Shown here: positions 20,225 through 29,536 of the stretch, in pieces
How positions within the stretch are numbered: the first letter of the stretch is position 1
How the letters are laid out: each line of letters begins with the position of its first letter
Source of the DNA: a virus
Taxonomy: Duplodnaviria > Caudoviricetes
DNA: 64,000 nt
Strand: one strand, 5' to 3'
Virus record (IMG/VR): IMGVR_UViG_3300000439_000004
Coordinates: 98,181 to 162,180 of that record
The notes under the pieces: model-generated
Databases searched by the model: none
Told to the model about the DNA's origin: nothing
The model's input: only the letters and a program-made list of their open reading frames with translations
Position numbers and translations under genes: made by a program

Positions 20225-21460
20225 ATGGGAATACCAAGAAGAAAAACGAATATTCAAATATATTCGGGGAAAATTTTAACGGATAGAAGACAAGAATTGT
20301 TAGATAACATCACAAAAAATGATCCTTATCTACCTGATAGTATATTGCATGATGATTTAGATAGAGGTTTATTGGATTATGTGATTGATAATTTTAAAGT
20401 TACATCTGATGGTAAACAAATTCCTATTATAGAAAAAATATTAACAATACAAAGATGGGCAGAATTTACAAATAATTGGGAGTTTACAGATGAGGATGGT
20501 GTTGTTCAATTACCATTTGTTTCAATTATTAGAAAACCTGATGTACAATTTGGTACAAATCCATCCGTTCAAAGAACAATACCTGATAGACATCAGTTTT
20601 ATTATTCTGTTGTACAAACTTGGAATGGTAATGAGAAAGGTGCCGATGTTTATAAAATACCACAACCAATACCTGTTGATATTACATATGATGTTACAAT
20701 TATTTGTAATAAGTTTAGAGATGTGAATAAATTTAATAAAATTGTTTTACAACATTTTGCATCAAGACAAGATTATACAATTGTTAAAGGACATTATATT
20801 CCAATAGTTCTTGACAAAATTGAGGATAATACACCGATGCAAACATTGGATGGTCGTAGATTTTATGTTCAAAATTATCAATTCACAATGTTAGGATTTT
20901 TAATTGATAGTGATGAATTTGAAGTTAAGCCGGCAATAAGTAGGGCAATATTGACTGATGAAATCATTGTAGAAGGTAAACCAAATAAATCAATAAAACA
21001 AACTGTTATTGATATTAGTATGGCTTCTTTCACTGGAAATGACTCTCAAATAATATTTTCAGTAGGTGAACCTATGGGTGTTTTATTTAATGTAACAATT
21101 AATGGTTTAACACAAAGGGAAGGGGTAGATTATTTTCACATTGCAAATTCTTCAAGAATATCATTCTCAGTACCACCACAATCCGGTAGTGTAATACTTA
21201 TAACATATTATAAAGGAAGAAACTCAACAATTACAAATAGTGATGGTTTAAGATTAAATTACACTATTGAATATTTTACCTATGATGGTTCAACTTTAAT
21301 ATTTAATACATCAAATACAATTGCTAGTGTTGTATTTTTAGAAGTTAATGGTTTAATTGAAGAAAAATCAGTTGATTATAGAATTTCTACTTTAGGTGGT
21401 TTAGAACTATTACAATCCCCTGTTATTGGATCTACCATTGGTGTTGGTTACTTATATTAA
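20225..21460 (+). CDS. Tail terminator/sheath stabiliser (gp15-like) with two C-terminal beta modules
   Basis: PQPIPVDITYDVTI; two modules with INGL..GVDY / VNGL..SVDY. Confidence 0.6.
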   Translation: MGIPRRKTNIQIYSGKILTDRRQELLDNITKNDPYLPDSILHDDLDRGLLDYVIDNFKVTSDGKQIPIIEKILTIQRWAEFTNNWEFTDEDGVVQLPFVSIIRKPDVQFGTNPSVQRTIPDRHQFYYSVVQTWNGNEKGADVYKIPQPIPVDITYDVTIICNKFRDVNKFNKIVLQHFASRQDYTIVKGHYIPIVLDKIEDNTPMQTLDGRRFYVQNYQFTMLGFLIDSDEFEVKPAISRAILTDEIIVEGKPNKSIKQTVIDISMASFTGNDSQIIFSVGEPMGVLFNVTINGLTQREGVDYFHIANSSRISFSVPPQSGSVILITYYKGRNSTITNSDGLRLNYTIEYFTYDGSTLIFNTSNTIASVVFLEVNGLIEEKSVDYRISTLGGLELLQSPVIGSTIGVGYLY

Positions 21461-21615
21461 TCGTCACCATATAAATCTTTTTTTATTGGTTTACAATGTT
21501 GTTCAATCCATTTCTCAATAATTTTATGGATTTTTAATCCATTTTTTTCACAATGATTTTTTAACATTGTGTGGTGTTTTTCACTTATTTTAACGTTTTT
21601 CTGTTTATTTTCCAT
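21457..21615 (-). CDS. Small ribbon-helix-helix-like DNA-binding protein (52 aa)
   Basis: Hand translation MENKQKNVKISEKHHTMLKNHCEKNGLKIHKIIEKWIEQHC..; divergent from the sheath gene. Confidence 0.65.
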   Translation of the reverse strand: MENKQKNVKISEKHHTMLKNHCEKNGLKIHKIIEKWIEQHCKPIKKDLYGDD

Positions 21616-21741
21616 ATAAAGATAATTTATGATATAAAAAGATATTTTATTATCTTAATTCTCAAATATAAGTAAATCTTTGATAAAAATAAAGATATTT
21701 ATTAAATAAGAAATAAAATATTAATAAAAACAACAAAATCA

Positions 21742-24700
21742 ATGGCAAATTCAAACAGAGTATTCGTTTCTCCGGGTGTATATACATCAGAGCTCGATTT
21801 AACATTTGTGGCACAAAGTGTTGGTGTTACAACATTGGGTTTAGTGGGTGAGACTTTAAAAGGTCCGGCTTTTGAACCTATCTTAATTTCATCTTGGGAT
21901 GATTTTACAACATATTTTGGTAGTTCTTCACCTGAAAAAGATGGTGTTGGAAATCCAAAATACGAATTACCTTACTTCGCAAATTCTTATTTATCAGAAG
22001 CAAATCAATTATTCGTTACAAGAATACTTGGTTATACAGGGTATAAACAATATAATACATTTGGTATTAGTACAGAAGGTGGCGCACAAATTACAAACTA
22101 TTCAACAAGTGCATTAACAATAACAACTGTAACTGGTATTACTATTCCATCAAATCATGTTATAATTTCATCATTTAGTAATTACACTTCAATATCTGGT
22201 ACAATGCAAAAAGCGTTTTCAGGTATGACAGGAAGTACTTTTTACTCAAATTTATCAGGAAAAACTGCCGTTAGTGGAACAACAGGTACAACAGTTGTGT
22301 CATATATAACTGGTGGTACCTTTAATAATGGTGATTATTTCACTATTGGTTATGTACCAACAGGTTTAACATCAGGATTAACAGGTAATACATTAGTGTC
22401 TCCAATTGGTACTTTAACAGATTTAAATTGGAATGATGTGTATTATACAGGTACAACTGCAAGTATTACATCAACAACTGGTGTTTATTCATATTTATTT
22501 GTTTATTCAGCATCAACATCTACTTTTAATGTCACTAGATTACTTTATAGTGCTTCATATCAATATAGTATAAATGACCCTAATTTCCAATTTTATCCAC
22601 AATTATCTGGTAACACCGCAAGTAATGGAACATTATTAAATAATTATATTTTATCAAATATTAGTGGTAATACAAGTACTGATAGTACATGGTTTACAAT
22701 TGGTCTTGTACCTAGTAGTTATACTAGTGGTTTAACAACAACTTTAAATGTACCATCGCCAGTAACATCAAGAAATAATGCTAGCGATTATAATGGTAAA
22801 GAATGGTATAATATTTTTTGTGATTTGGATTTATCAGGTAATATACAAAGTGTTTCATCATATTTATTTCAATATTATTTAAATAGTGATAATACTAATA
22901 CACCTTTTTATAGTGTAACAAGATTTCAATATCCAGCCACTATAAATTCAGCATACGATGACATTATTGTTGCCGCATTAAGACCTCGTGGACATTATTC
23001 AAGTAATGTATTGAAATATGAGGTTACTGGTAGTTCATATGTTAATATCACATCATCATATGATTTATCACAAAACCCATTCGCTGATTTTGTAATAAAT
23101 GTAACCGGTAATACTGGTGGTGCTAAATCATTGACAGTTAATTTAGATCAAACATCAAATAAATCAATAACAAAAGTATTAGGTACAGATGTTTATGATA
23201 GAAATTACACAGATAATCCATTATATGTTTTTGAATTCTATCCTAACTTTTTATTAAACGCATTTGAACAAGGTTATATTAGAGGTATTTCAACACAAGT
23301 TATTTATGATACAAATAATGATTCATTTTTACCTAACCCTAATGGAGATTATGGTTCATATAAAGCATATGATACCCCAATGTCACCAACGGTTGTTTCT
23401 GAAGTAAGAGGTGGTAAAGTATTAGATTTATTTAATATAATTACAATATCAGATGGTGACTCAGCAAATGAAGATATTAAAATAACAATTCAAAATATCA
23501 ATACAGATACTGGTGAATTTGATTTAATTGTTAGAGATTTTAATGATAGTGATTCAAATCAAGTTTTACTTGAAAAATTTTCAAGATGTTCTATGAATCC
23601 AGATGTTCCAGGTTATGTGGCGTTAAAAGTAGGTACATCTGATGGACAATTCCCATTATTATCAAAATATATAATGTTGAGTATGGACCCTAACGCACCT
23701 TCTGATGCAATACCTGCTGGATTTAGAGGTTTTGTAAGAAATAGTGATTTTGGTTCAGGTAATGAAAAACTTGGTTCAGTACTTTATAAAACACAATATT
23801 TCACCGCTGGTGATACAATGTATTATGATAGTACAGGTGCACCTATTACTTCATCAGGTGATAAAGTTAGAAACGTAACATTAGGTTTATCTTCATCAAA
23901 TGGTTTCAATTATGATGCAGATTTATTCAAATATAAAGGTTGGAGATCAGCGGGACAAACATTTGGTTTCCACTTATCCGTAAATGCAACTGGTATAACT
24001 CAAACTGGTACAACATATCAAACAACACCTTACGATTTTGAGGGTCAAACTGGTACTAATAATATGTTAAATACACCAGCGAATTGTAAATTTACTTTTG
24101 CAGTATGTGGTGGTTTTGATGGTTGGGACATATATAGAAACACTAGAACATATGGTGACGCTTATATTTTAGGTAAATCAACATACAATAATAATAACAT
24201 AAACAATGGAGGTATATTTAACGTAACGAATGGTAATTCGGATTACTATTCATATTATGACGGTATCCAAACATTTGCAAATCCAGAAGCAGTAGATATT
24301 AATGTATTCGCAACACCGGGTATTAACTTCTTTGATCATAGTTCTTTAACAAATCAAGCAATTGAAATGATTGAAGTTGATAGAGCGGATTCATTATATG
24401 TCATATCATCACCTAATGAAAGTACTGCGGATGGTGTAATTGGTGATATTATGGATCAAGAATATGATAGTAACTATTCGGCAACATATTGGCCTTGGAT
24501 TCAAGTAAAAGATGTTGATAATGCAACCCAAATTTATATTCCACCAACAGGGGAAGTATTGAGAAATATTGCGTTAACTGATAATATAGCATACCCTTGG
24601 TACGCATCGGCTGGTTATTCAAGAGGTCTTGTTAATTCAATTAAAGCAGTTAAAAAATTAACTGCCGATGAAAGGGATAATTTATATAAAAATAGAATTA

Positions 24701-25089
24701 ACCCAATTGCAACATTCTCCGATACTGGTACAATCATTTGGGGTAATAAAACACTTCAAGTTAGAGAATCTGCACTTGATAGAATTAACGTAAGAAGATT
24801 ATTATTGAGAGCAAGAAAATTAATTTCAGCTGTTTGTGTAAGATTATTGTTTGAACAAGATGATGATCAAATTAGACAAGAATTCTTGAGATTAGTTAAT
24901 CCAATTCTTGATGCAATTAAGAAAGAAAGAGGTTTAACTGATTTCCGTGTAACTGTTTCTAATGACCCGGCAGATATTGATGCTAACACTTTGAGTGGTA
25001 AAATATATATTAAACCAACTCGTAGTTTGGAATTTATTGATGTAGAATTTATCATAACTCCAACAGGAGCTTCATTTGAAAACGTGTAA
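21742..25089 (+). CDS. Contractile tail sheath protein with a large insertion domain
   Basis: SPGVYTSE, YWPW, PWYASAG, INPI..IWGNKTL..RINVRRL, PTRSLEFI. Confidence 0.95.
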   Translation: MANSNRVFVSPGVYTSELDLTFVAQSVGVTTLGLVGETLKGPAFEPILISSWDDFTTYFGSSSPEKDGVGNPKYELPYFANSYLSEANQLFVTRILGYTGYKQYNTFGISTEGGAQITNYSTSALTITTVTGITIPSNHVIISSFSNYTSISGTMQKAFSGMTGSTFYSNLSGKTAVSGTTGTTVVSYITGGTFNNGDYFTIGYVPTGLTSGLTGNTLVSPIGTLTDLNWNDVYYTGTTASITSTTGVYSYLFVYSASTSTFNVTRLLYSASYQYSINDPNFQFYPQLSGNTASNGTLLNNYILSNISGNTSTDSTWFTIGLVPSSYTSGLTTTLNVPSPVTSRNNASDYNGKEWYNIFCDLDLSGNIQSVSSYLFQYYLNSDNTNTPFYSVTRFQYPATINSAYDDIIVAALRPRGHYSSNVLKYEVTGSSYVNITSSYDLSQNPFADFVINVTGNTGGAKSLTVNLDQTSNKSITKVLGTDVYDRNYTDNPLYVFEFYPNFLLNAFEQGYIRGISTQVIYDTNNDSFLPNPNGDYGSYKAYDTPMSPTVVSEVRGGKVLDLFNIITISDGDSANEDIKITIQNINTDTGEFDLIVRDFNDSDSNQVLLEKFSRCSMNPDVPGYVALKVGTSDGQFPLLSKYIMLSMDPNAPSDAIPAGFRGFVRNSDFGSGNEKLGSVLYKTQYFTAGDTMYYDSTGAPITSSGDKVRNVTLGLSSSNGFNYDADLFKYKGWRSAGQTFGFHLSVNATGITQTGTTYQTTPYDFEGQTGTNNMLNTPANCKFTFAVCGGFDGWDIYRNTRTYGDAYILGKSTYNNNNINNGGIFNVTNGNSDYYSYYDGIQTFANPEAVDINVFATPGINFFDHSSLTNQAIEMIEVDRADSLYVISSPNESTADGVIGDIMDQEYDSNYSATYWPWIQVKDVDNATQIYIPPTGEVLRNIALTDNIAYPWYASAGYSRGLVNSIKAVKKLTADERDNLYKNRINPIATFSDTGTIIWGNKTLQVRESALDRINVRRLLLRARKLISAVCVRLLFEQDDDQIRQEFLRLVNPILDAIKKERGLTDFRVTVSNDPADIDANTLSGKIYIKPTRSLEFIDVEFIITPTGASFENV

Positions 25090-25110
25090 AATTTAAACAT
25101 AATAATTTTA

Positions 25111-25146
25111 AAAAACCTTTTAAGAATTTCTTAAAAGGTTTTTTTA
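25111..25146 (+). terminator. Intrinsic terminator
   Basis: aaaaccttttaaga..tcttaaaaggtttt followed by a T run. Confidence 0.8.
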
Positions 25147-25208
25147 TTTTAATACTTTTTACTATATTTATGTATATATGTTAACGTTACCATTAAATAT
25201 ATTTTACC

Positions 25209-26721
25209 ATGAAGATAGAATTAAAATGTAAAAATTGTAATGAGTCATTTATGACTGATTTTAAATTTAGAGATAAAAGTTTTTGTAATAGAAAATGTTA
25301 TTTTGAGTATGCAAATGAAAATAAGTTACTGGGTAATAAGAAAGATGAATCAGTAAGGGAGAAGAGAATTTGTGTTCAATGTGGAGATGAATTTTTGGAG
25401 AGAAAAAAATATGAAAGAAAATTATGTTCTGAAAAATGTAGAAAAGAATGGAATATTACTGAGGATAATAAAAATGACAGAATAAAAAAATCAAAAGAAT
25501 CGATGATTAATAAATATGGTGTTGATTGTCATTTTAAAACTAATGATTTTAAACTTAATGTTAAAAATTTAATGTTTGAAAAACATGGTGTTTATCACCC
25601 AATGGAAAAAAAAGAATTTGTTGATAAATTAAAAAATACCTTTCGTGAAAATCATTTACCAAAATTAATACAGGAATTAAAAATAAATAATATAGAATTA
25701 ATTGATGATTACATAAACAATAAAGATAAAAATACAAGTAGAACATATAATTTTAAATGTTTAAAATGTGATAATATATTTTCAAGTACATTATTAGGTT
25801 CTGGTAAAATACCTATTTGTAGAAAATGTTATCCAATAATTAAAAATTCATCTATAGAAGTCTTTATTAAATGAAAACCAAATAACACATGTAGATGGTA
25901 ATAGAAAAATTTTAAATGGTAAAGAAATTGATATTTTAATTAAAGAAAAAAATATTGGGTTCGAAATAAATGGTAATTATTATCATTCAGAAATAAGTGG
26001 AGAAAAAGACAAAAATTATCATATTAATAAAAGTAAAATATGTTATGATAATAATATCAAATTAATACATATATATGAAGATGAAATAATGTTAAAATTT
26101 CCGATAGTTAAATCTAGAATTAAAAATATATTGGGAATTTCTGAAAATAAAATATATGGTAGGAAATGTATTGTTAAAGAAATCGATAAAAAAACGGCAT
26201 CTAATTTTTTAGATAAAAATCACATACAAGGTAATTGTGTCGATAAAATTAGATTAGGTTTATTTTATGAAAACACATTGGTTTCTATTATGACATTTTC
26301 AAATAAAAGAAAAGTATTAGGTAATAAATCCGCAATAAATGAATTTGAATTAATACGATTTTGTAATATAGTTGATTCAAATGTAATTGGATCATTTTCA
26401 AAATTATTGAATTATTTTATTAACAATTTTTCACCAAATAAAATTATTACATACGCAGATATTAGATGGTCAGGTTTAAATCCTGAAAGTACAATATACA
26501 AAAAATATGGTTTTAAATTTATAGGTACAACACCACCAAATTATTGGTATTTAAATAGAGAAAATTATTTAAATAGATACCATCGTTTTAATTTTAGAAA
26601 AGATATTTTATTAAAAGAAGGATTTAATAAAATTCAAACAGAATGGGAAATTATGAAATTAAAAAATTATGATAGAATTTGGGATTGTGGATCAATGAAA
26701 TTTGAACTAAATTTATTATAA
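25209..26721 (+). pseudogene. Hef-like/Vsr-like homing endonuclease, frameshifted near 25865
   Basis: Zn-ribbon N-part ends SSIEVFIK*; another frame continues LNENQITHVDGNRKILNGKEIDI..GFEINGNYYHSE into ORF 26089 (KIYGRKC..NHIQG..RIWDCG). Confidence 0.75.
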
Positions 26722-26741
26722 CACCAATAGGTGACTCATTT
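26712..26741 (+). pseudogene. Relic copy of the tail sheath 3' end
   Basis: Reads FIITPIGDSF versus sheath C-terminus FIITPTGASF. Confidence 0.7.
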
Positions 26742-26778
26742 AAAAAAGACCTTGATTTATTTCAAGGTCTTTTTTTTT
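26742..26778. terminator. Bidirectional intrinsic terminator
   Basis: aaaaaagaccttga-tttatt-tcaaggtctttttttt. Confidence 0.85.
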
Positions 26779-26797
26779 ACTTTTTTTTATATAAAAT

Positions 26798-26944
26798 ACT
26801 AGAACTAGATATACTAGAACTAGATATACTAGATATACTAGAACTAGATATACTAGAACTAGATATACTAGAACTAGATATACTAGAACTAGATATACTA
26901 GAACTAGATATACTAGAACTAGATATACTAGAACTAGATATACT
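26798..26944. repeat. Intergenic tandem array: 9 x ACTAGAACTAGATAT plus one 9-bp partial unit
   Basis: Read directly from the sequence. Confidence 0.95.
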
Positions 26945-27059
26945 GGGTACCTAGCAAATATAAATAAAAAAATTCAAATAAAAAAGTCTTTTTTAAAAAA
27001 AAATAAAAATCAACATATTTATAATAAAAAGAATAAAAGAATTAAAACAATAAAATAAA

Positions 27060-27548
27060 ATGGCAGATTTATTAATGAAAATGCCGGTTCCTTATGAACC
27101 GAAGAGAGTTAACCGATTTATATTAAGATTTCCAAGTTCATTAGGAATCAATGAATGGTTTGTAACGTCTACATCAAGACCTAAAGCAAAAATTAATTCA
27201 GTTGAAATACCTTTTATCAATACATCAACATTTGTTGCTGGTAGATTTAATTGGGAAGAAATGCAAGTGACTTTCAAAGATCCAATCGGACCTTCTGCAG
27301 CTCAAGCGTTAATGGAATGGTTTCGTTTACATGCGGAATCAGTAACAGGTCGTATGGGTTATGCTGCTGGATATAAAAAAGATATTGAACTTGAAATGTT
27401 AGATCCAACAGGTGTTGTAGTTGAAAAATGGATACTTCAAGGTACATTTATGACTGGATTCGATGGTCAGAACTTAGATTACTCAAGAGACGAACTTGCA
27501 ACTATTCAAGTAGGTTTACGTCCGGATAGATGTATATTAGTTTATTAG
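27060..27548 (+). CDS. Tail tube protein (gp19-like)
   Basis: EPKRVNRFIL..AGRFNWEEM..YKKDIELEMLDPTGVVVEKWIL; follows the sheath. Confidence 0.85.
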   Translation: MADLLMKMPVPYEPKRVNRFILRFPSSLGINEWFVTSTSRPKAKINSVEIPFINTSTFVAGRFNWEEMQVTFKDPIGPSAAQALMEWFRLHAESVTGRMGYAAGYKKDIELEMLDPTGVVVEKWILQGTFMTGFDGQNLDYSRDELATIQVGLRPDRCILVY

Positions 27549-27622
27549 TTTTATACAAAAATATATCTATCGGGTTTACATTTTACTATTATTTCCATAT
27601 ATTTATCTAAAAAGGTAGATAT

Positions 27623-28528
27623 ATGGAAATTTTTATTTGTAAGATATGTAAAAAAGAGTTTAATAGTTTATTAGGTGTTTCAAATCATTCTAATAGATTT
27701 CATGGTATAAGTCCTAAAATGACTTATGTTGATTTTGTTTTAAATAATATAGAACCTAAATGTGAATGTGGTTGTGGTGAAAAAACAAAATTTTTAACTA
27801 TAAATAAAGGTTTTAGTAAGTTTATTTCCGGGCATAATAGTTCCACATCAAATAATAACTTTCATAAAAATCCTGAAAGTAAAATTAAATCAGCTAAGAC
27901 ACAATCTGAAAATTGGAGTAAAGGTATGTATCGTAGATGGTGGGAAGAGGATACTGAAGATACTAAACAAAAAATTGAAGGGATAAAAGAAAAATTAAGA
28001 AACGATAAAGTAAGAGGTAAAAAAATATCTGATAAATTATCAGGTGTACCTAAAACAGAAGAAAGTAAAATTAAAAATTCATTATCTCAAATTGAGAGAT
28101 ATAAAAATAATCCGCAATTAAAAATTGATGCGTCTAAAAGAAAATTAATTTGGATGAGAAATAATTCAAAAGTTAAAACATCTAAATTAGAAATTATTTT
28201 CTCTAAAATTTTAGATAATCTTGGTTTAATAAAAGATGTTGATTATATACATAATCATTTAATATATGAAATTAAAACTTTTTTTGATTTTTATTTTATC
28301 AATAAAAAAATATTAATTGAAGTTGATGGTGATTTTTATCATTGTAATCCAAATAGTAAATTTTCAATTCCAAAATACGAAATACAAAATAAAAACATAT
28401 CAAACGATAAAAGAAAAAATACATGGTGTAAAAATCATAATATTACATTACTTCGTTATTGGGAAAAAGATATAAACGAAAACCCTGAATATATAATAAA
28501 AGATTTAAAAGAAAAATTAGACATTTAA
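27623..28528 (+). CDS. Free-standing Vsr/DUF559-like endonuclease with C2H2 finger and NUMOD3
   Basis: CKIC..H..H, CECGCG, DFY..IEVDGDFYH..LLRYWE. Confidence 0.8.
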   Translation: MEIFICKICKKEFNSLLGVSNHSNRFHGISPKMTYVDFVLNNIEPKCECGCGEKTKFLTINKGFSKFISGHNSSTSNNNFHKNPESKIKSAKTQSENWSKGMYRRWWEEDTEDTKQKIEGIKEKLRNDKVRGKKISDKLSGVPKTEESKIKNSLSQIERYKNNPQLKIDASKRKLIWMRNNSKVKTSKLEIIFSKILDNLGLIKDVDYIHNHLIYEIKTFFDFYFINKKILIEVDGDFYHCNPNSKFSIPKYEIQNKNISNDKRKNTWCKNHNITLLRYWEKDINENPEYIIKDLKEKLDI

Positions 28529-28556
28529 TTTTTTATACATATTTTATTAAATTATA

Positions 28557-28589
28557 CAAATTCCCATATTTTATATGGGAATTTTTTTA
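28557..28589 (+). terminator. Intrinsic terminator
   Basis: aaattcccatat-ttt-atatgggaatttttt. Confidence 0.8.
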
Positions 28590-28641
28590 TTTATAACAAA
28601 ATTCTTTACTTTCAACTATATATTAATTAAATTAATGTATT

Positions 28642-29382
28642 ATGGAAGAATTAAGAATTGACCCAAGTATTATGTACGATGTCGTACCGTTACCTTCACA
28701 AGGTATTCATTATGAAAATAAGAAAAAAAGTGTAAGAGTTGCATATCTAACCGCAGCAGATGAAAACATTTTAATGTCACCAAATTTATTACAGAGTGAT
28801 ACTGTTGTAAATGAATTACTAAAAAGAAAAGTTTTAGATAGAGACTTAGATTTAGAAGAATTGGTTGATGAAGATAAACAAGCAATTTTATTATTTTTAA
28901 GAAACACTGCATTTGGTAGTGAATATAAAGTAAAATTAAATGATCCAAAGACAGATAAAGTTTTTGAAGCTGTTTTAGATGTATCCGTATTGAAAACTAA
29001 GGAATTAAATTTAGTTCCTGATGAAAAGGGTGAATTTGAATATTATTTACCAATATCAAAGAAAACTGTTAAGTTTAAATTCTTAAATAAAAAACAAGAA
29101 TTAGAATTAGATAAAATTAGAAATGGTGGTGGGGTTGTACCTATTAATACCAAGAAATTAGAATTTATGATTAAGTCAATTGATGGAGATAGAAATCAAA
29201 TGACAATATATCAATTTATTCAAATTATGCCAATCAAAGATTCACAAGACTTCAAGAAGTTTGTAGATGAAAATAAACCAGGTTTAGATTTAATTGTTGA
29301 AACAATAGCCCCATCAGGAGAAAAAGTCCCAGTTTATGTCGACTTTGGGGTAGAATTTTTTCGTCCTTTCTACGGAATATAA
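28642..29382 (+). CDS. Baseplate hub assembly/tail assembly chaperone (gp26-like)
   Basis: VPLPSQG..YLTAADENIL..AILLFLRNTAFG..EFFRP; lies between tube and tape measure. Confidence 0.65.
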   Translation: MEELRIDPSIMYDVVPLPSQGIHYENKKKSVRVAYLTAADENILMSPNLLQSDTVVNELLKRKVLDRDLDLEELVDEDKQAILLFLRNTAFGSEYKVKLNDPKTDKVFEAVLDVSVLKTKELNLVPDEKGEFEYYLPISKKTVKFKFLNKKQELELDKIRNGGGVVPINTKKLEFMIKSIDGDRNQMTIYQFIQIMPIKDSQDFKKFVDENKPGLDLIVETIAPSGEKVPVYVDFGVEFFRPFYGI

Positions 29383-29506
29383 GAAATATCAATTAACGAT
29401 TCAGAATTTTTTAATAAGACATGGTTATACTTATCATGATTTTTTAATAATACCAATTCATGAAAGAACCAATATTGTTAATCAATTATTGGATGATGAA
29501 AATTAA
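29354..29506 (+). CDS. ATG-less +1-frame ORF, probable frameshift extension of the chaperone
   Basis: NFFVLSTEYKKYQLTIQNFLIRHGYTYHDFLIIPIHERTNIVNQLLDDEN*; overlaps TTT TTT CGT. Confidence 0.55.
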   Translation, partial: NFFVLSTEYKKYQLTIQNFLIRHGYTYHDFLIIPIHERTNIVNQLLDDEN

Positions 29507-29536
29507 TTAAGAACTATTTATTTTTAAAGAAATTAT

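Noticed and set aside
26798-26944. CRISPR array
   Set aside because: Units are head-to-tail with no spacers, and there are no cas genes in the window
28529-28560. Relic of the tail tube 3' end after the endonuclease at 27623
   Set aside because: ttttattaaattatacaaa resembles gtttattagttttatacaaa, but the match is short and almost all A/T; not supportable without homologues
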